Shown in pieces: positions 39,747 through 49,521 of a DNA stretch of 64,000 nt (its first letter is position 1; every line of letters begins with the position of its first letter). The translations under genes and the position numbers were made by a program. Below the pieces are notes generated by a model. That model ran no database searches. It worked only from the letters and a program-made list of their open reading frames with translations, and was not told the DNA's origin. Origin of the DNA: an uncultured virus (IMG/VR IMGVR_UViG_3300042564_001445) (Duplodnaviria; Heunggongvirae; Uroviricota; Caudoviricetes); the IMG/VR virus record IMGVR_UViG_3300042564_001445. One strand, given 5' to 3'.

Positions 39747-40008
39747 TGTAGTAATAAATCCCTTTTCGAATAAGATTTTAGTGTCGGCAAGGGTTAACAA
39801 GATGTCTTGTGAGGAGATATTGCAATGGAACGGAGACGGCGACTGGTGGCATTCATTTGAAATGAACGGAAGCTTATTTGATTTCAATTTATCTTATGAT
39901 GAAGAGCTATCAGTAACTATTTATCCCGCCCCGCCGGAAGGAGAGAACTCTCTTTACATTGAACATTATAAAACAACATTTAAAGTTATCCATAAAGATG
40001 AGTTTTAA
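39733..40008 (+). CDS. Hypothetical protein
   Basis: 91-aa ORF in operon. Confidence 0.6.
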   Translation: MIKFNVVINPFSNKILVSARVNKMSCEEILQWNGDGDWWHSFEMNGSLFDFNLSYDEELSVTIYPAPPEGENSLYIEHYKTTFKVIHKDEF

Positions 40009-40096
40009 TCAAAAACCTACCATTAGCGAGTGGATTGAATGTTTTTTTTACATAGCATTCACCGCCCTAGCATATTATCTAATCGTTATATATTAA
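39998..40096 (+). CDS. Small membrane peptide (32 aa, not in ORF track)
   Basis: MSFNQKPTISEWIECFFYIAFTALAYYLIVIY. Confidence 0.5.
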   Translation: MSFNQKPTISEWIECFFYIAFTALAYYLIVIY

Positions 40097-40107
40097 ACCA
40101 AACAAAA

Positions 40108-40293
40108 ATGAAAACATTACAAGCTATTACTGGAATTACTTCCATCGTCTGTATGATTTTAATGCAGATTGTAGACTACAACTTAAGCGAAGATTTATTC
40201 TGCTTAGTTATTATTTGTCTCCCAGTTTTCCTTTACGCGTCTCACATTGTAGGCATGGAAAACCAAGATAGAAAGGAGGCTGGCAATGAATAG
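40108..40293 (+). CDS. Small membrane protein (2 TM)
   Basis: Likely start MKTLQ at 40108. Confidence 0.6.
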   Translation: MKTLQAITGITSIVCMILMQIVDYNLSEDLFCLVIICLPVFLYASHIVGMENQDRKEAGNE

Positions 40294-40522
40294 TCGAGAA
40301 TTAAATCTAATCAAGATCGGATTATTAATCTTAGCCCTAATTTGTACCGCGTCTATACTTTTTAACATAGTCGCCAAAGAAAATTCCAAGCCGGCAAAAC
40401 ATGAGCCATTCAGGAAGTTTTCCATGACTATATCTGAAGACAAATGGGATGAGTCAACGATGCCGAAAGGAAGACGTAGTCCAAGCGGAGTATTGTATAC
40501 GCCGGAAGGTTCAAGTAAATAA
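40286..40522 (+). CDS. Small membrane-anchored protein
   Basis: N-terminal TM helix. Confidence 0.6.
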   Translation: MNSRELNLIKIGLLILALICTASILFNIVAKENSKPAKHEPFRKFSMTISEDKWDESTMPKGRRSPSGVLYTPEGSSK

Positions 40523-40579
40523 ATTTTAAACTTTTAAATATAAAAAATAAATAAATTTTAAACTTTTAAATATAAAAAA
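40516..40579 (+). repeat. Perfect 32-bp tandem duplication
   Basis: TAAATAAATTTTAAACTTTTAAATATAAAAAA x2. Confidence 0.9.
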
Positions 40580-40580
40580 A

Positions 40581-40868
40581 ATGAAAAACGGAAGAACGGT
40601 ATTAAGAACAATGGAGTCAAGAAAAAACAGAGAGGCTATCCTAATTTATAAAGTTGAAGACTTATGCTTTAACCCGGACAATCTCCGAGAGGGGCACCGC
40701 TACGAAGTTACCTATAGATTTGGGCGCTCAAGCGATACCATTATCGGAAGGTACTTTGGTTGCACCGAAGATGCTAGGACATTGATCCTCAGCAGGTTAG
40801 GTGACGATGGAATTTCGATAGGGATCCCGTCGATGAATATTTATTCTATTGACAGACTCGGATTGTAA
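40581..40868 (+). CDS. Hypothetical protein
   Basis: 95-aa ORF. Confidence 0.65.
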   Translation: MKNGRTVLRTMESRKNREAILIYKVEDLCFNPDNLREGHRYEVTYRFGRSSDTIIGRYFGCTEDARTLILSRLGDDGISIGIPSMNIYSIDRLGL

Positions 40869-40879
40869 ACAAAAAGAGT

Positions 40880-40887
40880 TATCTTTG
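40880..40887 (+). promoter_or_regulatory. Bacteroidota-type -7 box (TATCTTTG) for the replication operon
   Basis: TAnnTTTG followed by a structured ~120-nt leader. Confidence 0.65.
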
Positions 40888-40947
40888 TGAGTAATGTTAT
40901 GAGTTCTATTGAGGGATAGGATTCAAAACAATAGGCTAAAACCTATC

Positions 40948-40985
40948 GCCCAAGTGTCTTCCCTCAAGCGCTTGGGCATTTTTTT
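40948..40985 (+). terminator. Leader terminator/attenuator
   Basis: GCCCAAGTG..CGCTTGGGC stem plus A-T7. Confidence 0.75.
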
Positions 40986-41013
40986 GCACAATGAATAAGC
41001 ATTTTTTTGCACA

Positions 41014-41208
41014 ATGAATTTAGAAGAAGAAGCCCACCGGGCAATATTAAACGTGCGCAAGGTACATTTTGAGATAGACTTAGCAGACTACCAGCGCGCA
41101 ATGAAATTTGCCGAACCTGATATGGAGGCATTTGATAAGTTGTTAGTTATCATTCAAGATTTAGTGCGCAAGATCAAAAACATAGATAAAGAGTTAAGAA
41201 GCATATGA
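41014..41208 (+). CDS. Hypothetical protein
   Basis: 64 aa, overlaps the initiator start. Confidence 0.6.
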   Translation: MNLEEEAHRAILNVRKVHFEIDLADYQRAMKFAEPDMEAFDKLLVIIQDLVRKIKNIDKELRSI

Positions 41209-41900
41209 GTTGGTACGCAATTATTCCGGGAGAAGTTTTATCTAGAAAGGATATTTCCGCTAATGAGAAATTGTTAGTAGGGTTAATTGCTAGTTTGTCT
41301 CATAAAGAGGGTCATTGTTTTGCGAGTAACCAGTACATGGGTGATTGTTTAGGAGTTTCACAAAGTGCAGTACGTTCGTACCTAAGAAACCTTGAAGAGT
41401 TGGACATTGTTAGTCGCATTATTAAGAAAAAACCTAGCGGAGAGGTTGAAACAAGGGAAATTAGGGTGACTACCCCCCTGTCAGATTTGACACCCCCCTC
41501 CCCCACAAATATAGCATACCCTCCGTCAGATTCTAGACCCCCCTCCCCCACAGATCTGTCACATATAATAAGAGATAATAATAAAGGGAATAATAAACAA
41601 ATAAATATTGAGGAAAAATTTGAAAAGTTTTGGGAAGAGTACGGAAAGAAGGTAGGGAAGGAGAAGACTAGACAAAAATGGATAAAGCTAAAAGAAAACG
41701 AAAAGGACGAAGTCTTATTATCCATACCTAGATACAAAATTGCGCGTCCCGATCCAGTCTACCGGAAAGATCCCGAGAGATACCTAAGTAACCGAGTGTG
41801 GGAGGATGAGCTTCCACTATCAGCAAATGAAACCAAACAATCAACCGAACCTATCAACCAAGAGCAGTTCGAATTAACGATACCAAAGGAATGGCAGTAG
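41205..41900 (+). CDS. Replication initiator (N-terminal wHTH, Pro-rich iteron-encoded linker, C-terminal FEKFW..Y.KK.GK domain)
   Basis: YAIIP..V...KDIS..EKLL..LI.SL....G.CFASN..; FEKFWEEY; P..YL....WEDE; immediately upstream of DnaB. Confidence 0.85.
   Translation: MSWYAIIPGEVLSRKDISANEKLLVGLIASLSHKEGHCFASNQYMGDCLGVSQSAVRSYLRNLEELDIVSRIIKKKPSGEVETREIRVTTPLSDLTPPSPTNIAYPPSDSRPPSPTDLSHIIRDNNKGNNKQINIEEKFEKFWEEYGKKVGKEKTRQKWIKLKENEKDEVLLSIPRYKIARPDPVYRKDPERYLSNRVWEDELPLSANETKQSTEPINQEQFELTIPKEWQ
41470..41630 (+). other. Putative replication origin within the initiator gene (iterons plus AT-rich tract)
   Basis: GTCAGATT and CCCCCTCCCCCACA repeats followed by A-rich DNA, as in lambda O-type genes. 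Confidence 0.7.
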
Positions 41901-43327
41901 AAAGAATAAAAAATGGAGTTATTGATTATCTACTAGAAGAAGATATCATATCTTACTTACTAGAGAATTCGCATACGGTTCCGGAGGCATCTAAGATTAT
42001 CACACCATCAGCCTTTACTGATAGTCTGTTGTCTGCATCATATTCAGCCTGTGTTGAATTATCTATTGACGGCAAGGTATTCAATCGTTATGATGTATTT
42101 AGATTGCTTAAATCAAAAGAAAAAGACTTAGGCATTGACGCTTCAAAGATCTTAACATTACTACCTAAGCGTTCCCTAGAGATTACTAAGGTTTGTTTAG
42201 AGTTAAAAGAAGTTGAGAATAAGCGAATCATATCTGATATATCACTACGGATTCAACAAGGAATCTTAGATGATGAGTCTTCATCTCAGTTGGCTTCCGT
42301 AATCGAAGGAGGTTTAGGACAGATTTCTACCGGCGCGAGCGCTACTGAGATAATGAACATTTCAGATATCTACGATAGGGTAGTTGATAAGATGACTGCT
42401 TCCGCCGGCGTACTAAAATTCTCCGGAATTGAGACTGGTAGCCGGAAGTTAAATTACGCCTTAGGTGGCTGGCAAGAGGGAATGATCGTCATTGCGGCCC
42501 GCCCCGGGATGGGTAAAACTATCGTCGGATTGGAGCACGCAAAGGAGGCCGCCAAGGCAAAAGCACGCGTGTTGTTTCTATCTTTGGAAATGCCTACTGA
42601 TTCATTAATGTACCGCTACATTTCGTCTGAGGTTATCGAATATAACTATTCAGATTTAAAGGCTAATCGCATCACACAGGAAGACGTAGCAAAGATCGTT
42701 AAGTCTAACGCTAAGTTGCTTAAGCAATTGCCTATCTATTTTTACGATTCAGATAACCGGGACATCAACTACCTGTCAATGGTGCTTACGTCGGAAGTTC
42801 GCAAAAACAAAATAGATATTGTGGTAATTGATTATATGCAATTGATTAGAGACAATCAGATTAAAGATCAATCAGACTTCGCGCAGGTATCTTCGGTGAG
42901 TAATAAGATTCAGAAGTTAACCAAGAAGTTGCACATCCCAATCATTTGCTTATCGCAGTTATCGCGAGACATTGAGAAGAGAACGAATCGTCAGCCCCAG
43001 CTGGCAGACTTACGCTCAAGCGGTAACATTGAGCAGGATGCTATTGTCGTAATAGGTTTATATCGCGATGACTATTACAAGTATACTGATGCGAAGACTA
43101 ATGGCCAAGCGATCCCTCCAATGGACAATACGTTAAAGTATTGCATCCTTAAGAACAGAGACGGAGAAGTTGGTGACGTAGGCAGATTCGTAGACGTAAA
43201 GACTAATCGTGTGGCGGATTCTGAGGACGAATTGTTCCGCTTTGAAACGCCTGAGTTAGTATATCAGTCTAGTAAAATAGACACAATCAAACATAATTTT
43301 GACAACGTAACAATCCAACCATTCTAA
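41891..43327 (+). CDS. dnaB: Replicative DNA helicase DnaB
   Basis: AARPGMGKT, SLEM, VVIDYMQL, LSQLSR, DLRSSGNIEQDA, KNRDG. Confidence 0.95.
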   Translation: MAVERIKNGVIDYLLEEDIISYLLENSHTVPEASKIITPSAFTDSLLSASYSACVELSIDGKVFNRYDVFRLLKSKEKDLGIDASKILTLLPKRSLEITKVCLELKEVENKRIISDISLRIQQGILDDESSSQLASVIEGGLGQISTGASATEIMNISDIYDRVVDKMTASAGVLKFSGIETGSRKLNYALGGWQEGMIVIAARPGMGKTIVGLEHAKEAAKAKARVLFLSLEMPTDSLMYRYISSEVIEYNYSDLKANRITQEDVAKIVKSNAKLLKQLPIYFYDSDNRDINYLSMVLTSEVRKNKIDIVVIDYMQLIRDNQIKDQSDFAQVSSVSNKIQKLTKKLHIPIICLSQLSRDIEKRTNRQPQLADLRSSGNIEQDAIVVIGLYRDDYYKYTDAKTNGQAIPPMDNTLKYCILKNRDGEVGDVGRFVDVKTNRVADSEDELFRFETPELVYQSSKIDTIKHNFDNVTIQPF

Positions 43328-43863
43328 TGAGAACAATATTAAAAGAGCACAAATTAAATTGCAAGTGGTGTAACCATCACATTGGATTAGAGAATGTATC
43401 TGAGAAAATGAAAGATCGCGGAGGCAAGAAGACTAATATACGATGCCCACAATGCAATATGTCTTCAATGATTAATCAAACTAAGCTAGGGTATTTTTCG
43501 GTATATCGCTCTGATGGCGCCAGATTTGATCGCAACGTTCAAGCTAAGGTTAATCGTAAGGTATTTGATCCTACTACGAAATCTTTTAAAAAGAAAAGAG
43601 AGAGAACTAATCGTAAGTCGGCGATGCAATTGCTACTTGACTACCTAGATGAGCGACGTGGGCTACGAATTGAGCCACGCACATTACTTGCTAAGGTAAA
43701 TGAACTGCAACGATTAGAGAAGGTTCAGTTTATAGAAGTATTTGAATTATCAAAAATAAAAACAACAAATGCTTACGAAAATAATCCGGAAGATTTCTAT
43801 AAAACTTATTTCGGAGGCAACAGAGGTGGCATCAAAAAGATCCAATACGATGAATGTATTTAA
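43327..43863 (+). CDS. Zinc-ribbon protein
   Basis: CKWC...CPQC. Confidence 0.6.
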   Translation: MRTILKEHKLNCKWCNHHIGLENVSEKMKDRGGKKTNIRCPQCNMSSMINQTKLGYFSVYRSDGARFDRNVQAKVNRKVFDPTTKSFKKKRERTNRKSAMQLLLDYLDERRGLRIEPRTLLAKVNELQRLEKVQFIEVFELSKIKTTNAYENNPEDFYKTYFGGNRGGIKKIQYDECI

Positions 43864-44629
43864 AGAGTTATCTAAATTCAAGAAGGTTAAGTATCACGAC
43901 GAGCCTCATAAGTATTTTATAGGCGAGCAGGAATTGATCTCCGGAACGGCATTTATCGGCAAATTTAAGGAGAAGTTTGACTCTAAGGCTATGGCAGAGA
44001 AGACTGCTAAGAAGAAGGGACTCTCTACCGAAGAAGTTCTGGCGGACTGGGATTACCGAGGTGATATCTCCCGGACAAAGGGTACGCTACTACATAACTT
44101 TGCAGAAAATTATTGGCAAAACAAAATATTCCCTATTGATTATTCTCAGTACGACGAAAGATTTGGCGCAGGGGTAATGGAAGAAAGATTAGAGGCTTGC
44201 AAGAAGATGTTTATAGACTTCTATACAGACTCTAGTAACACGTTAGTCCCTGTTGCAATGGAATTAGTTGTCGGCGACGAAGATCTTGGCATAGGAGGTA
44301 TGGTGGACTGCTTGTTCTGGAATCAGAAGCATGGAGAGTTGCAGATCTGGGATTATAAGACTAACAAAGAGATTGCCGAGTTCAGCAAGTATAAGAAGAA
44401 GATGCTGATGCCGATTAATTTCCTACAGGAATGCGAATTAAACGCATATAGTATTCAGTTGAATTTATACAAGTATATCATTGAAAGGAATACAAATTTG
44501 AAGATCGGGCAATGCTACCTAGTTCACATTCACGAAGATCAAGAGCAGTATAATGTGATCCAATGCAAGGAATATCAAGACATAATCGAATTACTAATAA
44601 AACATCATAAGTCCACTATCAACAATTAG
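43850..44629 (+). CDS. PD-(D/E)XK exonuclease (Cas4/RecB-like)
   Basis: KGTLLH..AE, E..V.D, GG.VDCL, IWDYKTN, YSIQL.LY; start MNVFK at 43850. Confidence 0.85.
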   Translation: MNVFKELSKFKKVKYHDEPHKYFIGEQELISGTAFIGKFKEKFDSKAMAEKTAKKKGLSTEEVLADWDYRGDISRTKGTLLHNFAENYWQNKIFPIDYSQYDERFGAGVMEERLEACKKMFIDFYTDSSNTLVPVAMELVVGDEDLGIGGMVDCLFWNQKHGELQIWDYKTNKEIAEFSKYKKKMLMPINFLQECELNAYSIQLNLYKYIIERNTNLKIGQCYLVHIHEDQEQYNVIQCKEYQDIIELLIKHHKSTINN

Positions 44630-44631
44630 CA

Positions 44632-44919
44632 ATGGAAAATTACAAAGAAGTGCTAGAGGATCTGCTGGGAGAGGCAGAGATAACAATTAGAGACGCATAT
44701 CAAAGAGGCGTAGAGAAAGGCGGTAGAACAAACCGCGCGATCTTAGAAGGGAAAAAGGATATGCTAAGAAAATTTGTTGACTATAAAAATAGGTTCAACG
44801 AATTTAAGGCTGAAGACGAATACTATTTTGTATCAAGAAGCCCACAAGTCGAATCACCAATTAACCTAGAACAATTAATCAAAACATTCTTACTTACTTA
44901 CGACAATGGAGAAGAGTAA
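44632..44919 (+). CDS. Hypothetical protein
   Basis: 95-aa ORF in operon. Confidence 0.65.
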   Translation: MENYKEVLEDLLGEAEITIRDAYQRGVEKGGRTNRAILEGKKDMLRKFVDYKNRFNEFKAEDEYYFVSRSPQVESPINLEQLIKTFLLTYDNGEE

Positions 44920-45166
44920 ACAATCATTCATCACCCGGGTAAAGACGTACTTAAAGAAGTCAGAGTTACCCTTCACGCGTATCCCCAATACAGAGAATCT
45001 GCTAGTAATGCGCTCAGTCGGAAGCCACCACTATCTGCTGATTCAATTCTACGATATGCCAGATAACTGGTTTGAGGATAGAAAATATTTCGATATCAAA
45101 GTCGCTTACGGAAACGATATCAAGCAAGTAAAAGGAGCAATAGAACGATACATCAGAGGAGAATAA
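44906..45166 (+). CDS. Hypothetical protein
   Basis: 86-aa ORF in operon. Confidence 0.6.
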   Translation: MEKSKQSFITRVKTYLKKSELPFTRIPNTENLLVMRSVGSHHYLLIQFYDMPDNWFEDRKYFDIKVAYGNDIKQVKGAIERYIRGE

Positions 45167-45167
45167 T

Positions 45168-45794
45168 ATGCCATATTTAAACCATAACATACCAACAATC
45201 ACTTGCCTAATTAAGAATGAGTTTTTGTTTAACAACACCAAAGGGCACGGAGAATTCACGCTATGTGACGTACACTCGGTAGCATCTATTGAGAAGCGAG
45301 TTCCCTTGTTTGAAGCGTTCCTTGAGAACGGAGTCAATTGGACACGTCGCCCTATCCACGCATTCTGTTGGAAGAAAGATGCTGAAGAATTACCACTGAC
45401 TGAGTACATATATTGGGACTGCTTTAGTTCTTATATAGACGTTCAGGTGCGAGCTCGGATGTCGGGACTTCGCGCTGACTTAATATCCATCACAGGAGTT
45501 AAGAGGCAGGGTACCTATATGTTTACATTAGATTGGGCATTTGAGAACAGAGGTATGTTAGACACCAACTTTTCTGAGACTCCCGAGCATAAGTGCGGAC
45601 ACGTCTTTAAGATGGACAACGGTAACTTCTTTATCTATCCTAACAACAGAATCATTTGGATGGATAACGCTTGGACATACAATCGCATAGACAAGAACCC
45701 TAACTACAAGATTGATATGACGGTTTATTCCATAGAGAATAAGACAAACTACGAAACTGATTATAATTATTTTACAGAATTTAAAAAGAAGTAA
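45168..45794 (+). CDS. Conserved aquatic-phage protein of unknown function
   Basis: YLNHNIP...R.PIHAF...WDCFS...Y.FTLDW...FSETPEHKCGH...GN...YPNNR. Confidence 0.75.
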   Translation: MPYLNHNIPTITCLIKNEFLFNNTKGHGEFTLCDVHSVASIEKRVPLFEAFLENGVNWTRRPIHAFCWKKDAEELPLTEYIYWDCFSSYIDVQVRARMSGLRADLISITGVKRQGTYMFTLDWAFENRGMLDTNFSETPEHKCGHVFKMDNGNFFIYPNNRIIWMDNAWTYNRIDKNPNYKIDMTVYSIENKTNYETDYNYFTEFKKK

Positions 45795-46442
45795 ATGGAA
45801 ACTAAACAAATGACATTTAAGGAAGCATTAAAAATTCTTGACATTGAAGAATATCAAGAAAGAATATTTAATAGCAATTCAAGCGGAGAGCTATATCATC
45901 TACAAGATTATATTGGATTAGCGAAATTTTTCAAAGATTATCCCACAGCAGTTCCAGTATTCAAAAAATATTTTGAGCAAGCGGTAGAGGATGCGTATAA
46001 AAACTGGGAAAGACCCCAGTCGATATTTCAACATATAAGAGAAATTTTCTAAACAACAAGACAATGGCTGATATAACATTTAGAAGAGGTGATAGAGTTT
46101 ATGACAAAAGATATGGTAATGGAGTAATAGATTATTTAGAAAACCATATAATAGTTGAATTTAGAATGGGTCAATACATTACCTATGACTTAAAAGGTTA
46201 TAGACATTTCCCAGAAGAAAAACAACCAGCTTTATTCAAACGATAAAACAATGGGAATACTTAGAAAACTTATTCGCAAGCAGAAAGCCAATCAATACAC
46301 TCAAGAGGAAAGGTGGAATGAATTTATGCTTAATTGTAGTGGCTTACTATCTGAAAGGCAGACTATAGAAAGAAAAAAAAGTATAGAAGAATTAATTAAA
46401 ACAGTAGACGAACTTAAAAAATGGGCAGACAATGGAAACTAA
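45795..46442 (+). CDS. Three small hypothetical genes (45795-46052, 46064-46246, 46251-46442)
   Basis: Tightly packed AT-rich ORFs. Confidence 0.55.
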
Positions 46443-46599
46443 ACTAATCGCCCTTGCAATCATCTTATCCTCGTGTAGTGCACCTGAGATACCAGAGCCA
46501 GCCAAGACTCCTGATTATGTAAAGAGTTACACCATTCAGGTACAGCCTAATGGTATCACAAATTATCCAAAGTATATACCATTTTTAAAAGGGAAATAA
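46432..46599 (+). CDS. Small lipoprotein (55 aa, not in ORF track)
   Basis: METKLIALAIILSS-CSAPEIP... with lipobox LSSC. Confidence 0.65.
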   Translation: METKLIALAIILSSCSAPEIPEPAKTPDYVKSYTIQVQPNGITNYPKYIPFLKGK

Positions 46600-46600
46600 T

Positions 46601-47532
46601 ATGACACCGAAAGAAAAAGCAGATGAGTTGTTTGGTAAATTTTATAGTGCTATTCCAAGTGATGAAATGGGAGAAAACTATCAATCAGCTAAGCAATGTG
46701 CATTAATTGCAGTAGATGAGATACTTTATGTAATTGAAAATCCAGATGACAGATATAGCTCACACGGATTACAATTAGTTAGAAATTGGAGAGAAGTCAA
46801 AAAAGAAATAGAAAAGCTATGAGCGACATACGATACAGAGACTTCGAGCTATTTGACTTAGAAAAAAGAATACACGACTTGAATCTGCCATTTGGAACTA
46901 ATAACGATGTTATAGCAAAATTTGTTTGCGATGAGATTAAGCGTGAGCTATATTATAATAAGGACAGGATGGATAGTTATAGATTCTGGGATGAGATGAA
47001 AACTCATATAATACAGGAAGAAATTAAACTACAAGAAAGATTAGATAAACTAAAAGAAAAATGAAAAAGAAAATATCGCTAAAATACTACCGTAACGCGT
47101 CATCATCTGAAATAGCTGAGATTGATTACAACGAACTGCATACGTTCCACTACACAAAGGATGGTAAATTCACTAGACTACTAGGTTCTATGGAGGACAG
47201 AATTGAGGCATACCTTATCCGCAAGGAGTGGACTAAGATCAACGTTACAACATTCAACAAATTAAAAGATGGATTCGAGCAAGAACGAACAATATTACAA
47301 GATGGCAATAGCTTGGGGGGAGAATTACCTAAAGGAAAACAACGAGCCGAAACCATTTAATTATAAACAAGGTGTTACAATTTGTAACGACTTGCAATTT
47401 GTAGAAGTTAATATCGAAAGAATTAAGCATGGCAAGGGGGCAGAGTTACACGCCTCTTATGCTAGGCTTAGGGAATTTAAGCAGTTTTACGAAAAGATTA
47501 AAGAAAAAGGTTTGCTTAACAAAATAGTTTAA
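46601..47532 (+). CDS. Four small hypothetical genes (46601-46822, 46819-47064, 47061-47360, 47269-47532)
   Basis: Packed ORFs; the first has the MTPKEKA.EL...AKQCALIAVDEI motif common in Bacteroidota phages. Confidence 0.6.
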
Positions 47533-47541
47533 CTATCTTTG
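47511..47541 (+). promoter_or_regulatory. Canonical Bacteroidota promoter TTTG-N19-TATCTTTG
   Basis: -33 TTTG at 47511-47514, -7 box at 47534-47541. Confidence 0.8.
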
Positions 47542-47604
47542 ACATAACAGTAGGGGTGTACATACCATCAGAACTGTGCATCCCTCATTTTAACTTAATA
47601 TGTA

Positions 47605-49095
47605 ATGAAAAAATTTGTAAAGATTACCACAAGAGAAGACGACGCTATTATTAGAAGTTGGATTGACATTGAAGAAATTGATTATTTAAGCCAAAACTCA
47701 ATTACTCAAGATGGCGTAAATGAAGCTACTTGTGTGCTTAAAAACGGAGATGTCATTCAATTAATAGCTTTTAACGAAACATTAGATTCATTAAACTAAA
47801 ATCCAAACTAAACAATGAAAGCAAGAGTAGGTGAAATTAAAAAGGTTGTCAATAAAGACAAGCGCAAGGCGGCAAAAGACGAGTACTATGCTGTTATACT
47901 TAATCACAACGGACAATACAATACGTTATTGTTTACAGAACTAGAATTAAAGGTGGCGTTTAATCGCGCGGCTTCAAACGCTGAGGATACATTAGACAGA
48001 AGTCTTATATCTAAGATATTAGACTAATGAATAAGCTACTACAGATCCTAGAGAATTTCCCTGATGAGGAATTTGTAATCCTAGATGGATTAGACGATGC
48101 GGTAATTGGAGTTGATACAAATAATGATCCGATGCGATTAGTTTATTCGGCAAACGATATCGTCGATTGCTTTGTAAAGGAAGGAATGAGCGAGGATGAT
48201 GCGATCGATAATTATGAGTATAACGTAGCTAGATCGCTACCGCACATCCCTAACGCACCGATCGTTATCCATACAGATTTCTTTTAATGCCAGTTCTCAC
48301 AAAGGATAGACTTAATTGCTGGAATTGCGGACATACAATTGATAAGTCTGTGGCCCTAGATAACTTATACGCTAGGATAAATTGCGATCAATGTAATCTT
48401 CCTTTGTATGTAAGTATTTCGAAAACAAATAAGATCCACCTGAAGCGCACCTGTCAGAAGCTATTTGATAAAGACATTGCTTACAAGGAGTCAACCAAAT
48501 ATCTAATGGACATATCTAAGAAATATGTTGCGGAAGAATTTGGTAAATGCAACAAAGAATTGCTAGAGATGTTTTTCGTTCGCGGGAAAAACTTAAGGGT
48601 TAATTCCGCTCGAAAGAATATGTACCTAGAAGCAAAGATGATGGGCATAAGAAATGTCGACATCATACGCTTCTTTAAAGAAAATGGCGGAGTTATTACT
48701 AAGCCAACATTGTATACTTATTTAAGATAATCAAACAAAAAATGAAAAGACTTTTAACAGATGCCGAGTTACGCGATATGATTCGCTACTATGCTTATTG
48801 CCAATCCCTTAGAGACTTTATCGATGATAAGGTAGTTGCCTCAAACTTTCATTACCACAAGATCAAGCAATACACCAATATGTTAGTCAACGAACTTGAG
48901 AAACAAGTTGACGTATTAATGAAGGTGGAGAACGGCGAAAGCCAAGGGACGGTGTTAGAGCAATTTATAAACGCATCTATGCAAGCAGACTATCTATTTG
49001 ATATCGCTTTAAAGATGGAGACAATAGATAGAGATAAAAAAATTGAATGTGCAACAAAAGTATCTGAAATATTTAAAGAATATGGAATTGAATAG
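47605..49095 (+). CDS. Five hypothetical genes (47605-47799, 47815-48027, 48027-48287, 48287-48730 zinc ribbon, 48742-49095)
   Basis: Packed ORFs; DGLDDAVIGV family motif in 48027; CWNC/CDQC in 48287. Confidence 0.65.
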
Positions 49096-49486
49096 CGAGA
49101 CAACAACATTTACAGACAGTATAGTATTTGAGATCATCAAGGAGTTTGGTGAGCGCGCGCAGAAAGGATATGATAAGTACGGAACTGATATGGATCGCAC
49201 AGATTTATCGGTGGCAGACTGGGCACAGCATTTGCGTGAGGAGTTGATGGATGGATTGGTTTATCTTACTCGCTTGAAAAAAGATATCCTCTTGTTAGAA
49301 GAGGAACTTAGGGCATTCAAAACACAATCTATGATTCGGGCAAAAATTCAGGAAGACGCTATGAAAAAAAGCACCTTAACAACAACATCTGGCACAGGAG
49401 TTGTATATACTATTACGCCTCAACCAAACAAAGTTTATACCGATGAAGAGCCAATAATCCGCAAGAAGTATAATTGGCACAGATAG
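49082..49486 (+). CDS. MazG-like/all-alpha nucleotide pyrophosphohydrolase-like protein
   Basis: R...G..KYGT.MDR.DL...DW..HL.EELMD...YL. Confidence 0.55.
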   Translation: MELNSETTTFTDSIVFEIIKEFGERAQKGYDKYGTDMDRTDLSVADWAQHLREELMDGLVYLTRLKKDILLLEEELRAFKTQSMIRAKIQEDAMKKSTLTTTSGTGVVYTITPQPNKVYTDEEPIIRKKYNWHR

Positions 49487-49521
49487 TTTTCTAATTTGAT
49501 TTATTTGATTGTCTTTTTCTT

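Noticed and set aside
35300..41560. Invertible segment bounded by the inverted iteron arrays
   Set aside because: No invertase, and perfect inverted identity is only ~12-14 bp with sub-motifs in mixed orientation
43850..44629. Cas4 as part of a CRISPR adaptation module
   Set aside because: Solo PD-(D/E)XK exonuclease in a replication operon; no cas1/cas2 or array
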